The position numbers and the translations under genes were made by a program. Below the pieces are notes generated by a model, which searched no databases, was not told the DNA's origin, and saw only the letters and a program-made list of their open reading frames with translations. This document shows positions 13,632 to 27,600 of a DNA stretch of 64,000 bases, in pieces. Positions within the stretch are counted from its first letter, which is position 1, and each line of letters opens with the position of its first letter. Source of the DNA: the human T2T-CHM13v2.0 reference genome, Homo sapiens; the NCBI RefSeq assembly GCF_009914755.1, contig NC_060941.1, one strand, 5' to 3'.

Positions 13632-14547
13632 TCATTAGGAGACTGCAAATTAAAATAATGCTGAGATATCACTGCACACCTAGTACAACTGTGGGACTCT
13701 TAAAAAAGCTCAACAGTAAAAATTGGAGGTTAAAGAACAATAGGTACGGCCATTCATTAATGGCAGAATGCATGAATGGGTACAGCCACTTTGGGAAATA
13801 GTTTGACAGTTTTTCCCAAAGATAAACAAGTCTTACCTTACAATCCAACAAATGCACCCCTAAACTGTGTATGTTTAGACAGCTGCTTTGAAAAATTATG
13901 TTCAAACAAAAACTAGCATGTAATTATATACGAGCCACTCTACTCATCATGGCCAAAACTTGAAGTAATCAGAACGTTCTTCAATAGCTGAATGCATAAT
14001 CAATTTGAAGTACAACCATGCAATGGAATACCATTCACCAACAGAAAGGAATGAACTGTCAATCCATGAAAACAAATGAATGAATCTTGCATCTATGTTG
14101 CTAAGTAAAGGGTGGCAGTATGAAGATGCTATACATTATATGACTCCATTCATATAACATTCTGGAAAAAACACAACCAAAGAGATGATAGTCAGATCAG
14201 TGACTGTCTGGGGTGGGGATTTGAAGTATTCTGTATGCTACTTCAGTAGTGGATATCTGACACTATGCATTTGATAAAACCCACAGAATTTTAATGCACA
14301 AAGAACAAATCACAATCTACACAAATTAAATTATTTAGGATGTGGAAGTATATAAGGACAAAATACAGAGTGCAACCAAGAATCTAACTGTATTACCAAT
14401 GTATGTTGCAAGTGGTGGGCCAAAGGTGCTGAGCTGGAAATGAGTAGAATCCATAGACTAAAAACAAAACGTACTATATACACGAACAGTGGACTCTATA
14501 AAGTTATTTCCCATAGGGATAATAGTTAATTTTGAAACTACTATATC

Positions 14548-15570
14548 TGTAAAAAGAAAAATAACCATGATTTTCCTCTATACTATCAACACTCCACTTT
14601 TAACAGCAAATTGTGGGGGGTGGGGGGTGTTTCCCATACCAACCAATATTCCAACTCTCTGGAAAACAATTGGGTATCCTGTAATTCAACTGTGACACTG
14701 ATTACCTGGAGTTAGTATACACCCTACAGGTTAAGGGCTTAGTAACACCAGACTGTCCACAACCTCAGATGCCAATCACAAGTAGTGAATCCCCAGTTTA
14801 CCCAAACTTCTATATGACTTGGCTAGAAACTAGGCATTCCTACACCCCCTCTTCAGGTTTGACAATTTGCTATGATGGCTTATGGAACTAGGAAATACTT
14901 ACTTATGTTTACTAGTTATTATGGTCTCAATGTGCGTACACCCCCACCCCAAATTCCTATTTTGAAATGTAATCCCCAAAGGGATGGTATTCAGAGGTAA
15001 CCGAGAGGTGATCGGATCATGAGAGTGCTGTCCTCACGAATGAAACCAGTGCCCTTATAAAAGCATCTAGGAGCCCGTTTCCCCATTCTGCCATGTCACG
15101 ACATGCTAGAAGGCACTATCTATGATAGATGAGCCCTCACTAGACATCAAATCTGTCAGCCTTGATCTGGAACTTTCCAAATTCCATATTTTAGGAATTT
15201 TTATGGAAGCTTCATCATGTAGACATGACGGATTATTAACTCAATTTCCAGTCCCTTCACACCCTCAAAGGATTGCATGTTAAGCTAAAAGTTACAACCT
15301 TCTTATCATGGCTTGGTCTTTCTGGTGACCATCCCCATCCTGAAACCATCCAGGAACCCACAGAGTGTCCTTATTAGAACAGAAGCCATTCCTATTATCC
15401 AGGAGATTCCAAGAGATTTAGGAACTCTGCGTCAGGAACCAGGGCCAAAGACCAAATATTAGAACACAAGATGCTCCTAGCACCCCTACTGTTCAGCAAA
15501 TTATAATAGTTTTAGAAGCTCTGTACCAGGAACTGCAGACACAGACCAAACATATATTTCTTATTAAGTC
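14548..15570 (-). mobile_element. MER21-like LTR with a nested MLT1A-like MaLR LTR fragment (~14918-15180, + strand)
   Basis: MER21-like motifs (tacctggagttag...cctacaggttaagggct...cagatgccaatcacaag). MaLR motifs (tatggtctcaatgtg, gtgcccttataaaag, ccttgatctggaactttcca). Confidence 0.6.
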
Positions 15571-15650
15571 CCAACCTGGAATCTTGATCAAGAATGAATT
15601 CCTTGTTCCCAGTGGTACAAGGGATGAAATAAAAGGCAGATAGTAGGAGC

Positions 15651-18600
15651 CAGGTTCCTCACTATTACAGCGAGAAGTTACAGATAAAAAATAGGGAAGC
15701 CTAGAATGATCTCGGTCATAATGAGTCAGAATATATATATACAACGTAAGTATAAACTCACATTCAGGTTCCTCACTATTACAGCGAGAAGTTACAGATA
15801 AAAAATAGGGAAGCCTAGAATGATCTCGGTCATAATGAGTCAGAATATATATATACAACGTAAGTATAAACTCACATTCAGGTTCCTCACTATTACAGCG
15901 AGAAGTTACAGATAAAAAATAGGGAAGCCTAGAATGATCTCGGTCATAATGAGTCAGAATATATATATACAACGTAAGTATAAACTCACATTCAGGTTCC
16001 TCACTATTACAGCGAGAAGTTACAGATAAAAAATAGGGAAGCCTAGAATGATCTCGGTCATAATGAGTCAGAATATATATATACAACGTAAGTATAAACT
16101 CACATTCAGGTTCCTCACTATTACAGCGAGAAGTTACAGATAAAAAATAGGGAAGCCTAGAATGATCTCGGTCATAATGAGTCAGAATATATATATACAA
16201 CGTAAGTATAAACTCACATTCAGGTTCCTCACTATTACAGCGAGAAGTTACAGATAAAAAATAGGGAAGCCTAGAATGATCTCGGTCATAATGAGTCAGA
16301 ATATATATATACAACGTAAGTATAAACTCACATTCAGGTTCCTCACTATTACAGTGAGAAGTTACAGATAAAAAATAGGGAAGCCTAGAATGATCTCTGT
16401 CATAATGAGTCAGAATGTATATATACGACGTAAGTAAAAACTCACATTCAGGTTCCTCACTATTACAGCGAGAAGTTACAGATAAAAAATAGGGAAGCCT
16501 AGAATGATCTCGGTCATAATGAGTCAGAATGTATATATACGACGTAAGTATAAACTCACATTCAGGTTCCTCACTATTACAGCGAGAAGTTACAGATAAA
16601 AAATAGGGAAGCCTAGAATGATCTCGGTCATAATGAGTCAGAATATATATATACAACGTAAGTAAAAACTCACATTCAGGTTCCTCACTATTACAGCGAG
16701 AAGTTACAGATAAAAAATAGGGAAGCCTAGAATGATCTCGGTCATAATGAGTCAGAATATATATATACAACGTAAGTATAAACTCACATTCAGGTTCCTC
16801 ACTATTACAGCGAGAAGTTACAGATAAAAAATAGGGAAGCCTAGAATGATCTCTGTCATAATGAGTCAGAATATATATATACAACGTAAGTATAAACTCA
16901 CATTCAGGTTCCTCACTATTACAGTGAGAACTTACAGATAAAAAATAGGGAAGCCTAGAATGATCTCGGTCATAATGAGTCAGAATGTATATATACAACG
17001 TAAGTATAAACTCACATTCAGGTTCCTCACTATTACAGCGAGAAGTTACAGATAAAAAATAGGGAAGCCTAGAATGATCTCGGTCATAATGAGTCAGAAT
17101 GTATATATACAACGTAAGTATAAACTAACATTCAGGTTCCTCACTATTACAGCGAGAAGTTACAGATAAAAAATAGGGAAGCCTAGAATGATCTCGGTCA
17201 TAATGAGTCAGAATATATATATACAACGTAAGTATAAACTCACATTCAGGTTCCTCACTATTACAGCGAGAAGTTACAGATAAAAAATAGGGAAGCCTAG
17301 AATGATCTCGGTCATAATGAGTCAGAATATATATATACAACGTAAGTATAAACTAACATTCAGGTTCCTCACTATTACAGTGAGAAGTTACAGATAAAAA
17401 ATAGGGAAGCCTAGAATGATCTCTGTCATAATGAGTCAGAATGTATATATACAATGTAAGTATAAACTCACATTCAGGTTCCTCACTATTACAGCGAGAA
17501 GTTACAGATAAAAAATAGGGAAGCCTAGAATGATCTCGGTCATAATGAGTCAGAATGTATATATACAACGTAAGTATAAACTCACATTCAGGTTCCTCAC
17601 TATTACAGTGAGAAGTTACAGATAAAAAATAGGGAAGCCTAGAATGATCTCTGTCATAATGAGTCAGAATGTATATATACAACGTAAGTATAAACTCACA
17701 TTCAGGTTCCTCACTATTACAGTGAGAAGTTACAGATAAAAAATAGGGAAGCCTAGAATGATCTCGGTCATAATGAGTCAGAATGTATATATACAACGTA
17801 AGTATAAACTCACATTCAGGTTCCTCACTATTACAGTGAGAAGTTACAGATAAAAAATAGGGAAGCCTAGAATGATCTCGGTCATAATGAGTCAGAATGT
17901 ATATCTACAACGTAAGTATAAACTCACATTCAGGTTCCTCACTATTACAGCGAGAAGTTACAGATAAAAAATAGGGAAGCCTAGAATGATCTCGGTCATA
18001 ATGAGTCAGAATGTATATATACAACGTAAGTATAAACTCACATTCAGGTTCCTCACTATTACAGTGAGAAGTTACAGATAAAAAATAGGGAAGCCTAGAA
18101 TGATCTCTGTCATAATGAGTCAGAATATATATATACAACGTAAGTATAAACTCACATTCAGGTTCCTCACTTTTACAGCGAGAAGTTACAGATAAAAAAT
18201 AGGGAAGCCTGGAATGATCTCGGTCATAATGAGTCAGAATGTATATATACAACGTAAGTATAAACTCACATTCAGGTTCCTCACTATTACAGTGAGAAGT
18301 TACAGATAAAAAATAGGGAAGCCTAGAATGATCTCTGTCATAATGAGTCAGAATGCATATATATACAACGTAAGTATAAACTCACATTCAGGTTCCTCAC
18401 TATTACAGTGAGAAGTTGCAGATAAAAAATAGGGAAGCCTAGAATGATCTCGGTCATAATGAGTCAGAATGTATATATACAACGTAAGTATAAACTCACA
18501 TTCAGGTTCCTCACTATTACAGTGAGAAGTTACAGATAAAAAATAGGGAAGCCTAGAATGATCTCTGTCATAATGAGTCAGAATATATATATACAACGTA

Positions 18601-21600
18601 AGTATAAACTCACATTCAGGTTCCTCACTATTACAGTGAGAAGATACAGATAAAAAATAGGGAAGCCTAGAATGATCTCGGTCATAATGAGTCAGAATAT
18701 ATATATACAATGTAAGTATAAACTCACATTCAGGTTCCTCACTATTACAGCGAGAAGTTACAGATAAAAAATAGGGAAGCCTAGAATGATCTCTGTCATA
18801 ATGAGTCAGAATATATATATACAACGTAAGTATAAACTCACATTCAGGTTCCTCACTATTACAGCGAGAAGTTACAGATAAAAAATAGGGAAGCCTAGAA
18901 TGATCTCTGTCATAATGAGTCAGAATATATATATACAACGTAAGTATAAACTCACATTCAGGTTCCTCACTATTACAGTGAGAAGATACAGATAAAAAAT
19001 AGGGAAGCCTAGAATGATCTCGGTCATAATGAGTCAGAATATATATATACAACGTAAGTATAAACTCACATTCAGGTTCCTCACTATTACAGCGAGAAGT
19101 TACAGATAAAAAATAGGGAAGCCTAGAATGATCTCGGTCATAATGAGTCAGAATATATATATACAACGTAAGTATAAACTCACATTCAGGTTCCTCACTA
19201 TTACAGTGAGAAGTTACAGATAAAAAATAGGGAAGCCTAGAATGATCTCCGTCATAATGAGTCAGAATGTATATATACAACGTAAGTATAAACTCACATT
19301 CAGGTTCCTCATTATTACAGCGAGAAGTTACAGATAAAAGTAGGGAAGCCTAAAATGATCTCTGTCATAATGAGTCAGAATATATATATACAACGTAAGT
19401 ATAAACTCACATTCAGGTTCCTCACTATTACAGTGAGAAGTTACAGATAAAAAATAGGGAAGCCTAGAATGATCTCTGTCATAATGAGTCAGAATATATA
19501 TATACAACGTAAGTATAAACTCACATTCAGGTTCCTCACTATTACAGCGAGAAGTTACAGATAAAAAATAGGGAAGCCTAGAATGATCTCGGTCATAATG
19601 AGTCAGAATATATATATACAACGTAAGTATAAACTCACATTCAGGTTCCTCACTATTACAGTGAGAAGTTACAGATAAAAAATAGGGAAGCCTAGAATGA
19701 TCTCGGTCATAATGAGTCAGAATGTATATATACAACGTAAGTATAAACTCACATTCAGGTTCCTCACTATTACAGTGAGAAGTTACAGATAAAAAATAGG
19801 GAAGCCTAGAATGATCTCGGTCATAATGAGTCAGAATGTATATCTACAACGTAAGTATAAACTCACATTCAGGTTCCTCACTATTACAGCGAGAAGTTAC
19901 AGATAAAAAATAGGGAAGCCTAGAATGATCTCGGTCATAATGAGTCAGAATGTATATATACAACGTAAGTATAAACTCACATTCAGGTTCCTCACTATTA
20001 CAGTGAGAAGTTACAGATAAAAAATAGGGAAGCCTAGAATGATCTCTGTCATAATGAGTCAGAATATATATATACAACGTAAGTATAAACTCACATTCAG
20101 GTTCCTCACTTTTACAGCGAGAAGTTACAGATAAAAAATAGGGAAGCCTGGAATGATCTCGGTCATAATGAGTCAGAATGTATATATACAACGTAAGTAT
20201 AAACTCACATTCAGGTTCCTCACTATTACAGTGAGAAGTTACAGATAAAAAATAAGGAAGCCTAGAATGATCTCTGTCATAATGAGTCAGAATGCATATA
20301 TATACAACGTAAGTATAAACTCACATTCAGGTTCCTCACTATTACAGTGAGAAGTTGCAGATAAAAAATAGGGAAGCCTAGAATGATCTCGGTCATAATG
20401 AGTCAGAATGTATATATACAACGTAAGTATAAACTCACATTCAGGTTCCTCACTATTACAGTGAGAAGTTACAGATAAAAAATAGGGAAGCCTAGAATGA
20501 TCTCTGTCATAATGAGTCAGAATATATATATACAACGTAAGTATAAACTCACATTCAGGTTCCTCACTATTACAGTGAGAAGATACAGATAAAAAATAGG
20601 GAAGCCTAGAATGATCTCGGTCATAATGAGTCAGAATATATATATACAATGTAAGTATAAACTCACATTCAGGTTCCTCACTATTACAGCGAGAAGTTAC
20701 AGATAAAAAATAGGGAAGCCTAGAATGATCTCTGTCATAATGAGTCAGAATATATATATACAACGTAAGTATAAACTCACATTCAGGTTCCTCACTATTA
20801 CAGCGAGAAGTTACAGATAAAAAATAGGGAAGCCTAGAATGATCTCTGTCATAATGAGTCAGAATATATATATACAACGTAAGTATAAACTCACATTCAG
20901 GTTCCTCACTATTACAGTGAGAAGATACAGATAAAAAATAGGGAAGCCTAGAATGATCTCGGTCATAATGAGTCAGAATATATATATACAACGTAAGTAT
21001 AAACTCACATTCAGGTTCCTCACTATTACAGCGAGAAGTTACAGATAAAAAATAGGGAAGCCTAGAATGATCTCGGTCATAATGAGTCAGAATATATATA
21101 TACAACGTAAGTATAAACTCACATTCAGGTTCCTCACTATTACAGTGAGAAGTTACAGATAAAAAATAGGGAAGCCTAGAATGATCTCCGTCATAATGAG
21201 TCAGAATGTATATATACAACGTAAGTATAAACTCACATTCAGGTTCCTCATTATTACAGCGAGAAGTTACAGATAAAAGTAGGGAAGCCTAAAATGATCT
21301 CTGTCATAATGAGTCAGAATATATATATACAACGTAAGTATAAACTCACATTCAGGTTCCTCACTATTACAGTGAGAAGTTACAGATAAAAAATAGGGAA
21401 GCCTAGAATGATCTCTGTCATAATGAGTCAGAATATATATATACAACGTAAGTATAAACTCACATTCAGGTTCCTCACTATTACAGCGAGAAGTTACAGA
21501 TAAAAAATAGGGAAGCCTAGAATGATCTCGGTCATAATGAGTCAGAATATATATATACAACGTAAGTATAAACTCACATTCAGGTTCCTCACTATTACAG

Positions 21601-24600
21601 CGAGAAGTTACAGATAAAAAATAGGGAAGCCTAGAATGATCTCTGTCATAATGAGTCAGAATATATATATACAACGTAAGTATAAACTCACATTCAGGTT
21701 CCTCATTATTACAGCGAGAAGTTACAGATAAAAAATAGGGAAGCCTAGAATGATCTCTGTCATAATGAGTCAGAATATATATATACGACGTAAGTATAAA
21801 CTCACATTCAGGTTCCTCACTATTACAGCGAGAAGTTACAGATAAAAAATAGGGAAGCCTAGAATGATCTCTGTCATAATGAGTCAGAATATATATATAC
21901 GACGTAAGTATAAACTCACATTCAGGTTCCTCACTATTACAGCGAGAAGTTACAGATAAAAAATAGGGAAGCCTAGAATGATCTCTGTCATAATGAGTCA
22001 GAATATATATATACGACGTAAGTATAAACTCACATTCAGGTTCCTCACTATTACAGCGAGAAGTTACAGATAAAAAATAGGGAAGCCTAGAATGATCTCT
22101 GTCATAATGAGTCAGAATGTATATATACAACGTAAGTATAAACTCACATTCAGGTTCCTCACTATTACAGCGAGAAGTTACAGATAAAAAATAGGGAAGC
22201 CTAGAATGATCTCTGTCATAATGAGTCAGAATATATATATACAACGTAAGTATAAACTCACATTCAGGTTCCTCACTATTACAGCGAGAAGTTACAGATA
22301 AAAAATAGGGAAGCCTAGAATGCTCTCTGTCATAATGAGTCAGAATATATATATACAACGTAAGTATAAACTCACATTCAGGTTCCTCACTATTACAGCG
22401 AGAAGTTACAGATAAAAAATAGGGAAGCCTAGAATGATCTCTGTCATAATGAGTCAGAATATATATATACAACGTAAGTATAAACTCACATTCAGGTTCC
22501 TCACTATTACAGCGAGAAGTTACAGATAAAAAATAGGGAAGCCTAGAATGCTCTCTGTCATAATGAGTCAGAATATATATATACAACGTAAGTATAAACT
22601 CACATTCAGGTTCCTCACTATTACAGCGAGAAGTTACAGATAAAAAATAGGGAAGCCTAGAATGATCTCGGTCATAATGAGTCAGAATATATATATACAA
22701 CGTAAGTATAAACTCACATTCAGGTTCCTCACTATTACAGCGAGAAGTTACAGATAAAAAATAGGGAAGCCTAGAATGATCTCGGTCATAATGAGTCAGA
22801 ATATATATATACAACGTAAGTATAAACTCACATTCAGGTTCCTCACTATTACAGCGAGAAGTTACAGATAAAAAATAGGGAAGCCTAGAATGCTCTCTGT
22901 CATAATGAGTAAGAATATATATATACAACGTAAGTATAAACTCACATTCAGGTTCCTCACTATTACAGCGAGAAGTTACAGATAAAAAATAGGGAAGCCT
23001 AGAATGATCTCGGTCATAATGAGTCAGAATATATATATACAACGTAAGTATAAACTCACATTCAGGTTCCTCACTATTACAGCGAGAAGTTACAGATAAA
23101 AAATAGGGAAGCCTAGAATGATCTCGGTCATAATGAGTCAGAATATATATATACAACGTAAGTATAAACTCACATTCAGGTTCCTCACTATTACAGCGAG
23201 AAGTTACAGATAAAAAATAGGGAAGCCTAGAATGATCTCTGTCATAATGAGTCAGAATATATATATACAACGTAAGTATAAACTCACATTCAGGTTCCTC
23301 ACTATTACAGCGAGAAGTTACAGATAAAAAATAGGGAAGCCTAGAATGATCTCTGTCATAATGAGTCAGAATATATATATACAACGTAAGTATAAACTCA
23401 CATTCAGGTTCCTCATTATTACAGCGAGAAGTTACAGATAAAAAATAGGGAAGCCTAGAATGGTCTCTGTCATAATGAGTCAGAATATATATATACAACG
23501 TAAGTATAAACTCACATTCAGGTTCCTCACTATTACAGCGAGAAGTTACAGATAAAAAATAGGGAAGCCTAGAATGATCTCTGTCATAATGAGTCAGAAT
23601 GTATATATACAACGTAAGTATAAACTCACATTCAGGTTCCTCACTATTACAGCGAGAAGTTACAGATAAAAAATAGGGAAGCCTAGAATGATCTCTGTCA
23701 TAATGAGTCAGAATGTATATATACAACGTAAGTATAAACTCACATTCAGGTTCCTCACTATTACAGCGAGAAGTTACAGATAAAAAATAGGGAAGCCTAG
23801 AATGATCTCTGTCATAATGAGTCAGAATATATATATACAACGTAAGTATAAACTCACATTCAGGTTCCTCACTATTACAGCGAGAAGTTACAGATAAAAA
23901 ATAGGGAAGCCTAGAATGATCTCTGTCATAATGAGTCAGAATATATATATACAACGTAAGTATAAACTCACATTCAGGTTCCTCACTATTACAGCGAGAA
24001 GTTACAGATAAAAAATAGGGAAGCCTAGAATGATCTCTGTCATAATGAGTCAGAATATATATATACAACGTAAGTATAAACTCACATTCAGGTTCCTCAC
24101 TATTACAGCGAGAAGTTACAGATAAAAAATAGGGAAGCCTAGAATGATCTCTGTCATAATGAGTCAGAATATATATATACAACGTAAGTATAAACTCACA
24201 TTCAGGTTCCTCACTATTACAGCGAGAAGTTACAGATAAAAAATAGGGAAGCCTAGAATGATCTCTGTCATAATGAGTCAGAATATATATATACAACGTA
24301 AGTATAAACTCACATTCAGGTTCCTCACTATTACAGCGAGAAGTTACAGATAAAAAATAGGGAAGCCTAGAATGATCTCGGTCATAATGAGTCAGAATAT
24401 ATATATACAACGTAAGTATAAACTCACATTCAGGTTCCTCACTATTACAGTGGGAAGTTACAGATAAAAAATAGGGAAGCCTAGAATGATCTCTGTCATA
24501 ATGAGTCAGAATGTATATATACAACGTAAGTATAAACTCACATTCAGGTTCCTCACTATTACAGCGAGAAGTTACAGATAAAAAATAGGGAAGCCTAGAA

Positions 24601-27600
24601 TGATCTCTGTCATAATGAGTCAGAATATATATATACAACGTAAGTATAAACTCACATTCAGGTTCCTCACTATTACAGTGAGAAGTTACAGATAAAAAAT
24701 AGGGAAGCCTAGAATGATCTCTGTCATAATGAGTCAGAATATATATATACAACGTAAGTATAAACTCACATTCAGGTTCCTCATTATTACAGCGAGAAGT
24801 TACAGATAAAAAATAGGGAAGCCTAGAATGATCTCTGTCATAATGAGTCAGAATGTATATATACAACGTAAGTATAAACTCACATTCAGGTTCCTCACTA
24901 TTACAGCGAGAAGTTACAGATAAAAAATAGGGAAGCCTAGAATGATCTCTGTCATAATGAGTCAGAATATATATATACAACGTAAGTATAAACTCACATT
25001 CAGGTTCCTCATTATTACAGTGAGAAGTTACAGATAAAAAATAGGGAAGCCTAGAATGATCTCGGTCATAATGAGTCAGAATGTATATATACAACGTAAG
25101 TATAAACTCAGATTCAGGTTCCTCACTATTACAGCGAGAAGTTACAGATAAAAAATAGGGAAGCCTAGAATGATCTCTGTCATAATGAGTCAGAATATAT
25201 ATATACAACGTAAGTATAAACTCACATTCAGGTTCCTCACTATTACAGCGAGAAGTTACAGATAAAAAATAGGGAAGCCTAGAATGATCTCGGTCATAAT
25301 GAGTCAGAATGTATATATACAACGTAAGTATAAACTCAGATTCAGGTTCCTCACTATTACAGCGAGAAGTTACAGATAAAAAATAGGGAAGCCTAGAATG
25401 GTCTCTGTCATAATGAGTCAGAATATATATATACAACGTAAGTATAAACTCACATTCAGCTTCCTCACTATTACAGCGAGAAGTTACAGATAAAAATAGG
25501 GAAGCCTAGAATGGTCTCTGTCATAATGAGTCAGAATATATATATACAACGTAAGTATAAACTCACATTCAGGTTCCTCACTATTACAGTGAGAAGTTAC
25601 AGATAAAAAATAGGGAAGCCTAGAATGGTCTCTGTCATAATGAGTCAGAATATATATATACAACGTAAGTATAAACTCACATTCAGGTTCCTCACTATTA
25701 CAGCGAGAAGTTACAGATAAAAAATAGGGAAGCCTAGAATGGTCTCTGTCATAATGAGTCAGAATATATATATACAACGTAAGTATAAACTCACATTCAG
25801 GTTCCTCACTATTACAGTGAGAAGTTACAGATAAAAAATAGGGAAGCCTAGAATGGTCTCTGTCATAATGAGTCAGAATATATATATACAACGTAAGTAT
25901 AAACTCACATTCAGGTTCCTCACTATTACAGCGAGAAGTTACAGATAAAAAATAGGGAAGCCTAGAATGGTCTCTGTCATAATGAGTCAGAATATATGTA
26001 TACAACGTAAGTATAAACTCACATTCAGGTTCCTCACTATTACAGTGAGAAGTTACAGATAAAAAATAGGGAAGCCTAGAATGATCTCTGTCATAATGAG
26101 TCAGAATATATATATACAACGTAAGTATAAACTCACATGCAGGTTCCTCACTATTACAGCGAGAAGTTACAGATAAAAAATAGGGAAGCCTAGAATGATC
26201 TCGGTCATAATGAGTCAGAATATATATATACAACGTAAGTATAAACTCACATTCAGGTTCCTCACTATTACAGTGAGAAGTTACAGATAAAAAATAGGGA
26301 AGCCTAGAATGATCTCTGTCATAATGAGTCAGAATATATATATACAACGTAAGTATAAACTCACATTCAGGTTCCTCACTATTACAGCGAGAAGTTACAG
26401 ATAAAAAATAGGGAAGCCTAGAATGATCTCGGTCATAATGAGTCAGAATATATATATACAACGTAAGTATAAACTCACATTCAGGTTCCTCACTATTACA
26501 GCGAGAAGTTACAGATAAAAAATAGGGAAGCCTAGAATGATCTCTGTCATAATGAGTCAGAATATATATATACAACGTAAGTATAAACTCACATTCAGGT
26601 TCCTCACTATTACAGCGAGAAGTTACAGATAAAAAATAGGGAAGCCTAGAATGATCTCGGTCATAATGAGTCAGAATATATATATACAACGTAAGTATAA
26701 ACTCACATTCAGGTTCCTCACTATTACAGCGAGAAGTTACAGATAAAAAATAGGGAAGCCTAGAATGATCTCGGTCATAATGAGTCAGAATATATATATA
26801 CAACGTAAGTATAAACTCACATTCAGGTTCCTCACTATTACAGCGAGAAGTTACAGATAAAAAATAGGGAAGCCTAGAATGATCTCGGTCATAATGAGTC
26901 AGAATATATATATACAACGTAAGTATAAACTCACATTCAGGTTCCTCACTATTACAGCGAGAAGTTACAGATAAAAAATAGGGAAGCCTAGAATGGTCTC
27001 TGTCATAATGAGTCAGAATATATATATACAACGTAAGTATAAACTCACATTCAGGTTCCTCACTATTACAGTGAGAAGTTACAGATAAAAAATACGGAAG
27101 CCTAGAATGATCTCGGTCATAATGAGTCAGAATATATATATACAACGTAAGTATAAACTCACATTCAGGTTCCTCACTATTACAGCGAGAAGTTACAGAT
27201 AAAAAATAGGGAAGCCTAGAATGATCTCTGTCATAATGAGTCAGAATATATATATACGACGTAAGTATAAACTCACATTCAGGTTCCTCACTATTACAGC
27301 GAGAAGTTACAGATAAAAAATAGGGAAGCCTAGAATGATCTCTGTCATAATGAGTCAGAATATATATATACAACGTAAGTATAAACTCACATTCAGGTTC
27401 CTCACTATTACAGTGAGAAGTTACAGATAAAAAATAGGGAAGCCTAGAATGATCTCTGTCATAATGAGTCAGAATGTATATATACAACGTAAGTATAAAC
27501 TCACATTCAGGTTCCTCACTATTACAGCGAGAAGTTACAGATAAAAAATAGGGAAGCCTAGAATGATCTCTGTCATAATGAGTCAGAATGTATATATACA

